A DNA stretch of 63,988 nucleotides from Hydrolagus affinis (GCA_012026655.1 JAAILG010001629.1:1-63988); one strand, 5' to 3'. Shown: positions 38,945 to 52,275, counted from the stretch's first letter. Notes: generated from the sequence alone by a model not told the origin. Made by a program: numbers and translations.

Positions 38945-39270
38945 TCAGATGTTCAGCACACATATAGACTAGGTTGAAACTCCAGTGTTGTGTTAGGGGA
39001 GTGCTGCATTGTTGAAGATGCCATCCTTCAAATCAACTGAAGTGCTGTCCATTTAATCAAGTAAACATTAATGATCCCATGGCAGTTTTTGCAAAGGGAA
39101 AGAAGCTGGCCAACAATCTCCCAAATAAAATTGGTCAGTCACATCATGATTAATTGTTTGGGACATTGCTGTTTGCGTACAAATACACATTCACTACACT
39201 TTACCATAAATCCTGAGTGATGATGGGTGATGTTACAAGGTGTTATTGCAAATGCAGTATTATTATGCTG
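38945..39270 (+). mobile_element. Older Deu-SINE relic
   Basis: actccagtg...ggggagtgctgcattgttgaagatgccatcctt...gatcccatggca...gggacattgctg. Confidence 0.65.
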
Positions 39271-39821
39271 TTGTTTTCACAGAATGGATTGTGAGTTATT
39301 GGTATCTAAAAAAATCTGTGTGCCAGTGAGAATAACAACATTGACTCACAACGCTTCATTTTACTAGTTGTTTGACATCCTAATTCTCTACAATACATCC
39401 ACTGGTGTCACTTCCCAACTGGATTAAATTCCACTAATCATGCAGTGTTTACATCACACACGTAATCCTTCAGTGAGAATCCCACCACTTATTAACTGAA
39501 CGCTTCCTCTATCTGGTCCATAGGGATATTTTCTTACTTAAATACTGCATTTAAAATACACTACATTTGTAGAATTGCCCCTTGGGACTTCAACAATCAG
39601 CTCAAAAAATATTTTACTTTGTACTCTTAGCTGAGATACTGCCTGTATTTACTAAGCAGAGAATAACCAACCACCGAGTGCACAATACTGTATTTCGCAT
39701 CTCAGACAGAAGTAGTATCTCTGGTTATGCCCAACATCCATCAAAATGTAGCACAACAGTAAGTTATTTGTAATCTTAATACTTTACAGTTTTATGATCT
39801 TTAAACCTATTTGCGTTATAC

Positions 39822-40141
39822 AATAATAATCCTTGAATTTGATATAGCGTTTTTCACGCCTTCTAGACATCTCAAAGCGCTTCACAGAATATGCTGTAAA
39901 GTGAATTGACTGTATATTTGTGGGCAAAACGCAGCAGCCAATTATGCACAGCAGTGTCCCACAAACATTTGTGGATTGAAATGACCAATTTTAATGCGTT
40001 TGTTTTTTTGGAGGGATTATTACTGTATAAGGCATGTGGAGTAAGGAAACTTGCCCAAGGTTTCTCCCTGACCTGCCTGGATTCAAACACAGGTCTCATG
40101 CTTGTAAGGCGAGTGCTCTAACCACTGAGCTACAGGACTCC
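39822..40141 (-). mobile_element. Full-length SINE (TAC-loop type)
   Basis: Head, body and tail present. Confidence 0.93.
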
Positions 40142-41761
40142 ACACCACTATATTTCAAACAACTTTAAGAAATACAATCTGAATGTCATAATTCAGTGCA
40201 AATGGAACAGAACCCTCCCGGGAAAACTTTGCTGTTTAGACAAACACTTCTGAAATCATGCAGCATAATAATCACAAATTATGAGGGGCAAGTGATGGGG
40301 TGGCATGGAAAATCAATGAGAATTGGAAAGGAAAGCCCATTAAACGACTGAAATTCAAATAACTTATTAATCGGATGAATTGCAAACTATTCTCTTGTAA
40401 TTGTATCATGTTTCTCGATGTGCTCTCGCCGTTTTAGTTTCGATACGAAAGGCAGCAAAATGGATGTCAATTAAAAATGGAATCAATTATTCTTGAAATG
40501 TTAAAGAGATATTAACGGTAGCAGGTTTCAGTCGTTTGGAATGGAAATGAAGCAGAACATGGGAGATGATGTGATCTTTCATTTTTTTAAAAAAAGATAA
40601 AACAAAAATCAAAAAGAGACTAAAGAGATGTATCAATAATCAGTTGCTAGGCAATGATCTTCTCTTATCCATGGAAACAACATCCCTCAGAAGGACCTCA
40701 GCCCACAGACTCCCACGTCAATTAACTCCTGTGTTTTTCTGAGTAAAGCTTACTGCTCTGCCATATAGATGATATCTGAGAGAGGGTTACTCAATGATGT
40801 GATAATTGTCAAATGCAAGGATTACTATTATTATTATTAGTTGAATTTCTGCCTGAAGTTAGGATAAAATTCATATAAGAACAATTTTCATCTTCTGAAG
40901 ACTGCATTTTCAAGCAATAAGTCCTCTCATTTGCATCACGAATCAATGGTTCAAATCTTTGTATCAATATCATCCTACTGTGAGAATATTCGGTGTCAAA
41001 CATGCTGATAAAATTAAGAAACGGATGCAACAGGGTCCAATTATCTTTTTGCATTATCTTCTGGTTTAATTTAGTGTATATTTTATTTTTAGAAATCTTC
41101 TACCTACGTATTATTCAAATGGATAATTAATTTGTATATCCATCAAATTCGTTTATCGCTTCATTATTATATTATTAATGCTGCGTATTGATATCTTGAC
41201 AGTTTACAACGATGGCTTGTTTTTTTTAACACACAATATATAACTTGGTAAATTGGTTGGTAACTTGAGGGGGCAATTGTGAGTGTTAAGTAAAATGTGT
41301 TGTTAAAGAAACCTGACAAGCCTGAATGAGATCAGCCTCTGAAAGGTAGTGGTCATTCAATATTAGGAGTTGACAATTTAAGTGGAAAATTAATCGGTGT
41401 CCAAAGGTAAGTTAAGCAACTTGATGTTTAGAAAGGACAGGCAGCTCAGCAGTGAAGGATGAACTTGCTGGTCAGATTTGTGTTTGAATCCCACTGCCAT
41501 CTCTCATTACGGTATGGATTACTCAATTACTTGAGTTACTGTGTTAGCTACTGGATGGATTAGTGCACAAAATCCAGCAATTTTATTTTATGCAACAGAT
41601 AGCCTGAAGCAGTCAGGCTGAGTTTTAAACCATACCTTCTGCAGACCAGTTATGCGGTTGTACTGCTGTCATGCAGTGCCAATAAAGGAAGGAAAGATGA
41701 GTCTTTTATTATTAATGGCCGGATTGAAAATCTTTTGTTCGATTTGAAAGTTAATAATTAA

Positions 41762-41870
41762 AATAATAATCTTTGCATTTGATACAGCGCTTTCCACGTC
41801 TTCCAGACATCTCAAAGCGCTCACAGAATACACTGTAATGTGAATTGACTGTAGATACATGGCGAAACAA
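41762..41870 (-). mobile_element. SINE 3' fragment
   Basis: Tail region match. Confidence 0.85.
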
Positions 41871-42458
41871 AATGAAAGGAACAGAACACTCACAGCAGCT
41901 TTGTAGAATCAATGACCTTAACCTGGAGAGCGAATCAATCAATCAGTCAATCACTCTGCCACTGGAAGGGGCCAGAATCCCCCAAGGCATCCCAAGGCAT
42001 TACTACACATTGTTAACAATACAATCATCAGGTTCATCACAAAATACACCCAATCACTGCATTTTACTGTATCCCCTGTGAAGTGATTTGAGGATGTCTT
42101 CCCAATGTGAAAGGCACTGCACAGCACAACAATAGAATGATTTTTATTACTATTATTATTTTAATAGCTATGATCCAATCCAACATGTAGAATCATCTGT
42201 TTGCTATGATAGTTTATATAGGTTGATTTAATTGGTTGGTTACAGGTTTCTACAGGTTTTGTGTTGATGAGTTGAGCTGCCCTTTTTTTTGCTAGTATTG
42301 ACAACATGTCGCTGATACATGTCATTGATACAGTCCCAATTTGGTTTTGTCTAATCCAGATTAAATGAAATGCTCATTGCTCGAAGATATATGAAGCATT
42401 TTGGAAAAAACGATCGATTTTAAAGGTAAAAAATTCCTCAAGATTCAATACAGGAGAC

Positions 42459-42567
42459 TTGCCCACAAATATACAGTCAATTCACTTTGCAGTATATTCT
42501 GAGAAGCGCTTTGAGATGTCTAGAAGGTGTGAAAAGCGCTAGATCGAATGCAAGGCTTATTATTATA
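42459..42567 (+). mobile_element. SINE 3' fragment
   Basis: Tail region match. Confidence 0.85.
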
Positions 42568-43498
42568 AGGGGGTACTTTAAATGGTACATTCTCTAGCCC
42601 CAGAAAGCTGAACTCATGGCACACGCTGCACTTACTGTGATGAATCCACAAACCAGTCAGCATTTTGCTATCAGTCTGACACCTAATGCCTGTTCCCATA
42701 ACAACTATCAAATGATGAAGTAAATGCACAAACTCTACGAAATGAAACAAAATACACTTAACAGTAAGGAATGCCATCCATCCATAGGCACCACTTTGCG
42801 CTTGAATTGTGCAATCGCAGAAAAGACAATATGAATTCAGACACAATAAAAGATTTGGATTTGATATATTTAAAAACAAATGTTTTTTTTCCCCTCCAGG
42901 AATCAATAGCCTTGTTTCTGCATCTTGTGAATACAGATTTGATGTGTTACCTGGAAACTCGAGCTAACCAGATAATGTTATCAATGGAAAAGAAAAAATA
43001 ATATAGATGCAGGAATGCCAGTATTATCAACTCATCTCAGTCATCTGCTTATTGAATAGCTGCGTATTGCTTGAAGCAAATTCTATTTGCTTCTCTTGCG
43101 CTGCAATAAGGAAAAAGAGAAGGGAGGAGAGATGGAAGGGAGAAAATTTGGCTCACACTCTGGCCTTTAAGGTCCAAAGAAATGAAAAGATTTTATGATA
43201 CTGTTTAAAAACAAGAGTGATGTTGTTGCCATGTCCAAATCAATATCTTCCCATTACTCCTGTTTACCCACAAAATGCACACAGATGCCCTATGTCACAG
43301 TATATTGAATTAGAATGCAATCAGAACCACCCACCCCACCACCAATCAAGCTCAGAAAAAGTTCTCAGGTTAGTCATCATGAGGGACAGTTGATCGGTAG
43401 CATTCAGTAGTAATAGCACCGAATTGTATAACTATTTTAATCCCTGTACATCTAAAAAACAGTCATAAACACAATATTACTCCATATTATTACAGGAT

Positions 43499-43670
43499 AT
43501 AAATTGTTCATTTCAATCCATGACTGTTTGTGGGACACCGCTGTGCGCAATTGGCTGCCGCGCTTCGCCCGCAAATATACAGTCAATTCACTTTACATTT
43601 ATATTCTGTGAAGCGCTTTGAGACATCGAGAAAGACGTGAAAAGTGCTATATCAAATACAAGGATTATTC
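43499..43670 (+). mobile_element. SINE 3' half
   Basis: Body and tail match. Confidence 0.88.
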
Positions 43671-44467
43671 TTGTTAGTAAGACAGACAATTAAACTCACA
43701 ATGACGTGTTTACCTAAAGCATCCTGGAAAAGATGCAGCCAACCTGAAAATTAAATAAGAACTCAGGGAATCTGAATTCCAGGCACATCCTTGAAGCCAT
43801 AGCACCATGTTTGATGTCACGCTGTTTATTAGGAGGACATGTTAATTTGCAGCACAGTGGTCGTTCACATTGGGAGTTTCATTTCCAATTGTCACAGTGT
43901 GTGAACATATCTTTTCGCTGTATTACACATGTCCTGACAGCCGAAGGTACCAGCAAAATAGTTTTGAAGTCAGTCTGTGTTTTTTTGTTTGAGAGTCATT
44001 TCGTTTGGAAGCTCATCAACCGTGTCTCATTCTGGCAATGAGAGAAGCTGGACAATAAGAAATTTCTAGCTCCACTGGGGAGCTAGAAAGAACCCCAATT
44101 GCATAGCCATTCCTCGTAAATTTACACTGTAGTTTGTGAATGTTTGACAGATGGATTGGGAGATTGGGGCTAATAGGAATGTGTACAATATATACCTCCT
44201 TGATTTGCAAGGTTTGCTACAACTAATTCTGACTTGCAGCTAATCCAATTTTCTGCACAGCATCACACATACAAACAGCCAAGAAGTGAAATGGTCTGTT
44301 TAATCTGGGCGATTGTTGGCCAGAACACGACAAAATCGGATGCCATGTTCACACCATAGTCCCATAGGATCTTTGTTGCCACTTCAACAGGCAAACAAGG
44401 CTTGATTATAACATCTCATCCAATGGTTGGTGAGTCCAAGGCAACACAGCATTGGGTTGTCACCCTT

Positions 44468-44790
44468 GGAGCTCCTGTAGCTCAGTGGTTAGAGCACTCA
44501 CCTTACAAGCGTGAGACCTGTGTTCGAATCCAGGCAGGTCAGGGCGAAACCTTGGGCAAGTTTCCTTACTCCACCCGCCTAATAATAATTCCTCAAAAAA
44601 ACACACAATAATAAAAATTGGTCATTTCAATCCATGACTGTTTGTGGGACGCTGCTGTGCACAATTGGCTGCCGCGTTTCGCCCACAAACATTCAGTCAA
44701 TTCACTTTACAGTATATTTTGTGAAGTACTTTGAGACGTCGATAAGATGTGAAAAGCGCTATATCAAATGCAAGGATGATTATTATTATT
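44468..44790 (+). mobile_element. Full-length tRNA-derived SINE (reference copy)
   Basis: A box TAGCTCAGTGG 44478-44488, B box GTTCGAATCC 44522-44531, Deu-like body, L2-like tail, (ATT)n. Confidence 0.95.
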
Positions 44791-47700
44791 GTCCTTATGC
44801 ATTCATAGTTCCAACATGGAGCATAACCTTGCAACTCAGAGACAGCGGTACTTAAGCTGAGCTAGACTAACTACTGATATGGGCTGATTACTTAAACGTT
44901 GTGAAATTGCAGAGACTCGGGAATCGTCTGAGAGAAAAAAAAAGTTTTAGATTCTATTCTTAGTATCCATATTATTCAAAGAAGTGTGAAATAAGAGAAC
45001 TTAATTGCCATACCTTTTGTGCTGTGAAAAAAAATCTCTATCACGATGAGGCTTTCAGCTGTCTGTCATCCCACTGAGCTCTTTACTAGGAGAAGATCAA
45101 ATTCTGCTTGAATAATTATTCTTCAGTGAAAGGCTAATCAGGGATTTGTCACAGAGACCGAGTAAGAAGAGAGGAGACAACAGCTAGATTCAAAGTCAGC
45201 TGGTTCAACCAAACTTGGGTTCAAGGTTCAACCAAACTTCACACAAATCTTTTGCTTTTTTACAACAAAAAGTCCAGCAATTGATATGTTTTACGTTAAC
45301 TTAATATAAATTTTTGCCATTGTGTACATTTCAAAACTGACAGATAAAGTATTAATTTGGACTCAGTGTTAAGTCAGTTTACAGCTGCCGCCACCAGGAA
45401 ATGAATGACATTTCAGAATTTGATAAGATCTTTCCAATATGTCCAATTTAATCTGTCAATGTACAGTGCATGTCAAACTGCCAGGCAGCAACATTAAACT
45501 GATGTCCATTCCTGGTACTGTTTTTCCTTCTGTGCAGTCATTATTTCGCAGCGTTCCCAGCTAATCATTACTTTTGTTTTGATTGTAGATATCAAATAAT
45601 AGGATTTGTATTTTGGGTCTGTAATTAAAAATATACGAGGGGCATTTGGGTAACACATGTAGCATAATGCGTGTGCTTTTTTAAACAAAAATTAAATCAA
45701 AGAGTGCTTTTTGTAATTAAAAAAGTTTTAATTAACAAAAAAGGTATCTGAAATTGAATCAAGATGAGATATGGTCAGGGACAATCCACCTACCTAAACA
45801 AGCTATTCATCCATTAATAAAGCTTATGCAATGCATTGGTATAATTCAAATGCTCTGGTTTGTATAAAGTATTTCTATTTTTCCCACCATTATCAGAAGT
45901 ATAAGTTTTCAGGAGATTTGGTTTCCGTGGGGGAGAGAGAGGACCATGTAACAGTTATCGCCAGTAATAATCATCATATCTTACATCGCATTTAGCAATT
46001 CCCCTTATAGAGAGTTGTTACAACAGTAACAATAACTTGTATTCATATAGCTGTTTGACACAGGTTAGCATCTCAGAGTTCTGTTTGATGCCTTACCATA
46101 ATTAGTTCATAAAACATTTAAAAGGGAACCTGATAAATAATTGAAAGAAAAATAATATTAAAAGGGAAGAGGAGGGAAATGGGATTCGCATAAATAAGAG
46201 TGCTAGCAATATCAACAAAATTAAACTTGTATAGCGCCTTTCACGTCAGGAGGACGTGATGGACTGAATGATCTCCTCCTGTGTCATAAATATCTGTAAA
46301 TAATCAATGATTAGAATCAGATTATCAGAGTGAATTTCTATAGCAGCAATGGAATATTTACTTGTATACCTGTGATTGCATGTACTGTATTATTCTATCA
46401 TTTGCTCTGTGGACCAAAGTAAAACTGAAATTGTGAAGTTAACACTGCGTGATGTGAACCCTGCATTGTAATTGGTATTTTTTTTTAAATCACACCTCAT
46501 TTTGTATGCTACAAAATGTTCTCCACACAGGAACACGACCTACTCAAGTACAAGCACATTAACTGTGAAAGTTTGCTGAATCAACGTTTAGAAATTACTA
46601 AACGTCAGACATAGAGCGGTTCAAAGAATAGTTTAATATTTCTGCAGTTATCTGAACTTTTTTGAATCTCTAATGCATCAGACTCATTTTTATGTATTCA
46701 TTTGCATTTGACATTAAGGACAAACATATAGATGGTACCCTTCCTCGTGCTTTGTAGGTCAGAGAATAAATTAATGCAGTCCACATTCTTCTTTGTTTAT
46801 AGGAAAACAATGGTTGCAAACTTGATAGATATTTTCGACCACACACTCACAGTGAAGTGGCATCCATTAATTAACAGATAAATCATCTAAGCTGAAAATG
46901 CATCACCCGCTGTAGTGAACCACTAATGTTTCAGCAGACAGAGTGGAAAATTTATGCTCCTAAATGCACTTTCCTATCTTAAACATCACTCACCCCATTT
47001 CTTAATCAGGATAGGACCACTATGAGATGCAGGTTCTAATTCAAACGTTTTTTTCCCAAGTAAAAGCATCTCAAAGGAGAACATCTCCCACTGAAACACA
47101 AGCTTTCTCATAATGATGCAATGTTTGGTTTCTGAATAACATTATTGTATGACATATTCAATGGGCAACAAAACTGGATTTGTAACAGTCTTTGAAGCGA
47201 AACCAGGTTGGTGATATTTTGCTTGTGTAATTTAGATTATTATTCTAGCATATCAATGGGACATAAAATGCTTCAAAAGTGCATTAATACACCATAGCCA
47301 TTTGTGATTATATACAACAATGGTACATGTACACTGAAATTCTGGCTCTGATTCATTGCTTATTTTTGAAAGAGGAAAAAAATCGATGGGAGGTTGGGGG
47401 AGGGGGCAGATTATTTTGTAGGTTAGCACCTGAGGTGGTTTCAGGAACAGTTTGATTGGCTCCACTCCAGAACACAGACAGTGCAGTGTGCGTCAATTAA
47501 ACTGGCCGCACATCTATTTGTTGGGTAATCAATCACTTTCAACAGTCTGATTTCTCGACAGTGATGCTTGTATCCACCGAGTTGCAGCAGGGACCATTTT
47601 GAGTATAAATGTTCATTATTGCACCTGCATCATTATAAGGCATTATTATATGCGCTGCATTTTGTTTCATGAGCCAACTGCGGGAAATGAATTGAAGTCA

Positions 47701-48699
47701 ATGCAATGCAACCCTCTGGCATTTTCGAAGTTAAAGTGAATTTGATTCCTGTCTATGCATTGATACAGTATATAAATGATGGCTGGTATTCTGGGGTAAT
47801 ATACACTACCTAATCATGGAAAAGCTGGTGGCAATAATTTACTATTTATTATTGCCAGAAGCTGAAGGCTGGCAAACAAGAAAAATATAATTGTAATACA
47901 ATTTGTCTGCCAGTTGTATCAATCCTATTTAAGTACAGCAGTGATGTTAGAGCAAGCTGTTCACTATATCTCTAGTAATATTTTAGTGCTATAACAGCTA
48001 TTTTTGTTATTATCTATAGAATGCCCATTGCAGAAATTAATGAACAGTTACAGAACATGCCGGTATGCTCATTCTGCAACTGCATTTGCATTTAAATCTA
48101 GTCCTAAATTTAGATGAATAATTTCATCATCCACTGAAAACGTTTCCTGCCAAAGCAAAGCTGTCACTCACAAGGTGAGCAAAATGTTATGGTTGATTTG
48201 CGAGGGCATTTTATCACCCAACAACAAAGAAAAATGAGCAGTATTCCACCTGCCGATTATTCACCCATACTATTACTGGCAGTTTTCTAATATGTCCAAG
48301 CTCTTTAAACAGGCAGATGGAGAAGTGATCAGGAAAGAGAATAGTCTGCCCTTGGTATTGCTGACTACTGTACTACCACTGACAAGACTAAGGGCAGATA
48401 CACGGTGACCTCATCTCCTTTACCATGGAAACACCACTCTATGGACCATCATCGATCTGGGCCACAATCACAAACTGGAGTAATTTTTGTTTTACTTAAC
48501 TGGACAAGATTGTGGCTGTGTAGAGCATAGAGATACTTATTATTGTTGCCGCTGACATTTTGTAATACTGTACTTCCAATCTTTTGTTTTTATATTTAAA
48601 AAAAACATATCTGGTCAGGATTTTGAAAAGGAAAAATAGTTGAATCAATACAATACTTTGCTTTGGTTTTGTGATGTATATGGTGACTATGGCATTCTA

Positions 48700-48906
48700 G
48701 TAATAATCCATCAAAAAAAAACTATAATAAATTGGTCATTTCAATCCACGACTGTTTCTGGGACACTGCTGTGCGCAATTGGCTGCTGCATTTCATCTAC
48801 AATTATACAGTCAATTCACTTTATAATATATTCTGTGAAGCACTTTGAGACATCTAGAAGATGTGAAAAGCGCTATATCAAATGCAAGGATTATTATTAT
48901 TATTAT
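48700..48906 (+). mobile_element. SINE, 5'-truncated
   Basis: Body and tail match. Confidence 0.88.
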
Positions 48907-49239
48907 ATGTACCATATACAATATGGTTATATGGTTGCCGAGGGGACTTATTGCATCTCACACAACATGAAACACAACAACTTGTCAAACTCACGGTGGG
49001 ACTTAATGGTGCTGTTTGAAACAGTTAACACTGCTACAGTACAAGACTTGCAGGCTCTGGGCTAGAGATACATAAAATACGTAGATAGAAAAAGAGTGAC
49101 ACTTGTGGTTAGAGTTGCAATAGAGAAAGATCAGTCAGTCAACATTGGAACCCAAGTACAAACAGCAGTGATCAATCAATTCAACCAGGGAATGCTAATG
49201 GGCACCGTGTGATTTTAGATCAAATCCAAAGTCTTTGTA

Positions 49240-49400
49240 CAACAACGACAACAACAAAATTACATCTATAGAGCGCCTTTCACGTCGGGAGGACGTCCAA
49301 GGCACTGAGCAGTCAGGTCAGACCCGAGCAAGGGAGAGGGGCAGGGTGGGGTGGGAGGGAGGGTGAGAGTTAGGAAGGGAGGGAGAGAGTTAGGAAGGGA
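49240..49400 (-). mobile_element. L2 3' end
   Basis: (CAA)n, stem-loop, G-rich region. Confidence 0.85.
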
Positions 49401-50017
49401 TTACTGTATAATACAGTATTACAGGGCAATTCTCCCAACAGAAGAAACATAGTCAAAAAGGGGATAGAGTTCTTATACTTAAGTGTAAAGCTGGATAGAC
49501 CACAGATGGCTTCATTTCGTAAACACTATTTTAAGGGAGACACTACAAGAAGAATATATAATTTGGAAAGCATTTAGAAAGGACAAGACAGTTTAACTGT
49601 GTAGTCACATTTCGAAGAGAGTTGAGAGAGAGAGAAACAAAGACTTGCATTTTAAAACAAATGAGCATCAGCGCATTCCCTGTCTGGGCTAACTCAGTCA
49701 TGATTATTCGGTATTAATAATAAATAATAATCATTGCAGTACTGTACAATAATCTGAGCTAGTCAGCGTTGTTGAGAATGAACACAGATTCCTAATAGAA
49801 TAAATAAGGATGTATATTTCTCTGATCGCATTGCAAGTGGCACCCACATTTAGAAACATGACAGGGAGGTATGGAAAAAAGATATGTGTGCAGTGCAGTG
49901 ATTGATTAAGTGATCAATCAGTCTTATTTGGGGAATTACATTGAAAGATCCCATCAAATATTGCTTTACCACTAGATGCTTTTAAAAAAAAAGGTGTTAA
50001 TTTCATCAATCACTTCC

Positions 50018-50083
50018 CACACACACATATCTCTCTCATACACACACACACACCCACACACCTCTCTCTCACACACACACACA
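50018..50083. repeat. Compound (CA)n/(CT)n microsatellite
   Basis: Directly visible. Confidence 0.9.
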
Positions 50084-50781
50084 GAATTGAATCAAACACA
50101 GCAACTGAACCATTAAGCCCTCTGGTGGATTTGGAAGCTGTAGTCACATTTATTTTACTGTCTGTCAAATTAAGAGACAGGTGAATCCCCAGACACAGCC
50201 CAGAAGTTTGCGAAGGAAGTGGAATCAGTCAGAAGTGGAAGATGGTTGAAGAAACATTTGACAGTGTATTTACTCCGCACATTATATAAACGGATTTGCA
50301 TCACTTTACCGTGAGTTGTGTTCTTGGTTGAAAGGCAAAAATATGTTTAAAAATTCACGGAGGAGAGAGGGAGAGAGAGAGGGGAAAAACACTAAAGAAA
50401 ACACATTGGAGGTGATCAACAGAAGATGGAATTAAGTTAAGCCATTAGCTCCCAGGGTTTAATTATGTATTTATTTAGTTACATTCACTGTGAGGATTGT
50501 TGTGTAGATTTCATTGCAAAATACGAATACGTGGGTTGCAATTTATACATGTTAATTTAAATAAAATTCCTACAAGGATTAGGAGGCTGCAAAAGGGATT
50601 TGGTTTCTTCAAAGGTTTCAAGATGTTTCAAAGTCAAGATGCTGTGTACACTGTAGATATCATGTAAAGTCTTTGGATCCGATTCCAAAACAAGTCACGT
50701 TTATTTATACACTAAGATAAAATATCCCTTTATGGAACTGACAAGTGGAGGGTTTGTGGTGGTGGAGGAGCAGGCGCATGC

Positions 50782-50808
50782 GTCTCTCTCTCTCTCTCTC
50801 TCTCTCTC
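50782..50808. repeat. (TC)n microsatellite
   Basis: Directly visible. Confidence 0.95.
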
Positions 50809-50865
50809 AGATCATTCATTGATCGGTAGTCTGTCTAGCTCTGAGATGGTGAAGTGGGGTGGATG

Positions 50866-51081
50866 CAGGTAGTCAGTTCGGTCAGCCAGTCAGATAGTCA
50901 GTCAGTCAGGTAGTCAAAAGGTAGTCAGTCAGTCAGTCAGTCAGTCAGGTAGTCAGGTAGGCAATCAGTCAGTCAGTCAGATAGTCAGTCAGTCAGATAG
51001 TGGCAATCAGTCAGTCAGTCAGGTAGTCAGTCAGTCAGGTAGTCAAAAGGTAGTCAATCAGTCAGTCAGGTACGCAGTCAG

Positions 51082-51116
<35 letters not shown>

Positions 51117-51434
51117 GTCAGTCAGTCAGTTAGGTAGGCAGTCAGTCAGGTAGACAGTCAGTCAGGTAGTCAGTCAGTCAGTCAGGTGGGCAGTCAGTCA
51201 ATCAATCAGTCAGTCACTCAGTCAATCAGTCAGTCAGTCAATCAGTCAGGTAGACAGTCAGTCAGGTTGACAGTCAGTCAGGTAGATAGGTAGGCAGTCA
51301 GGTAGTCAGTTAGTCAGGTAGTCAGTCAGTCAGGGAGTCAGTTAGTCAGGTAGTCAGTTAGTCAGGGAGTCAGTTAGTCAGGTAGACAGTCAGTCAGGTA
51401 GTCAGTCAGCCAGTCAGTCGGTTAGTTAATCAGC
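50866..51434. repeat. Complex tetranucleotide array (CAGT/CAGG/TAGT/CAAT)
   Basis: About 570 bp with 4-bp periodicity and a (CAAT)8 block at 51083-51114. Confidence 0.95.
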
Positions 51435-51459
51435 CACTGTCCCACGACCAGAGCATAAT

Positions 51460-51524
51460 AAAGAGGTCGCATCACCACCAGCTGTACATTAGAGCTGGGG
51501 ATGGGGAGAGCGGGAGAGCTGCAG
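51460..51524 (+). other. DLK1: Candidate non-coding first exon of DLK1
   Basis: Donor CAG|gtaaat at 51525. The ATG exon has its own acceptor at 52241-52242, so an upstream exon is plausible. The start coordinate is a guess. Confidence 0.4.
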
Positions 51525-52073
51525 GTAAATCAGTGCTGTGTGTGTCTGTGTCTGTGTTTTTTTACTCACATCAAAGTTGACCAGGAATTTCACATCCAAA
51601 CTGCGTCTTGACCAGTTGGGAGGAACGAGCCCCAGTGGAAACCCATAAGGAGGTCTGTCTGTCTGTCTGTGGGTGGGTGGGTGAGTGTGTGTGGGTGGGT
51701 GGCTATATGTGAATGGGGCTGCGTGTGTGGGGGGGGGCTATAGTGTACGGGGCAATGTGCAGTGGGATGTAATGAGATGTAATGTACAAATGAGATGAAC
51801 AGTTAGTTGCAGTCGCCTTGAAAATGGAACCAAATAATATGTGACATGTTTCCCTTGAGCTTATCTGTCTCCCCCTCCCCTCTCCCCTCCCCCCCCCTCC
51901 CCAGACACACACACTCAAGGTGTGTGCGGAATCCGTCACCCCCCAAAATTATTTTGCAGTGAGACCTGATGTGGGGGGAGGTCAAACGACCCACCGTTAT
52001 TAGGGAAAACTTACCCTCCTAATTTTGCCAGTTTAGTTTTTTTTTATTGTTATTTTAACTGATTGATCCACAG

Positions 52074-52074
<1 letters not shown>

Positions 52075-52107
<33 letters not shown>
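52075..52107. repeat. (TG)n microsatellite
   Basis: Directly visible. Confidence 0.95.
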
Positions 52108-52113
<6 letters not shown>

Positions 52114-52275
52114 AATAAGAGTTTTTAAAATAAATATATTATATATTATAATAAAATAAGACCTCGAAGGTCTGGGCTGAATGCTGTATCATGTGTGTTG
52201 CTCAACGAAGATGTCGAGTCTGTGTTCACTCTGTGTCCACAGGTAGCCAGGAGAGAGAGCTGTCTGTGGGCACGG

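Noticed and set aside
44468-44545. tRNA gene (also at other SINE heads)
   Set aside because: No proper acceptor stem and always attached to the SINE body.
48640-49065. 141-aa ORF and similar CEKRYIKCKDYYY ORFs
   Set aside because: Translations of SINE copies.
50283-50316. TATATAAA plus octamer ATTTGCAT plus GTGAGT as a DLK1 first exon
   Set aside because: The donor falls at about the expected start site, so the geometry does not work.
50866-51434. CRISPR-like or coding repeat array
   Set aside because: Pure 4-bp periodicity with no spacers, in eukaryotic DNA.
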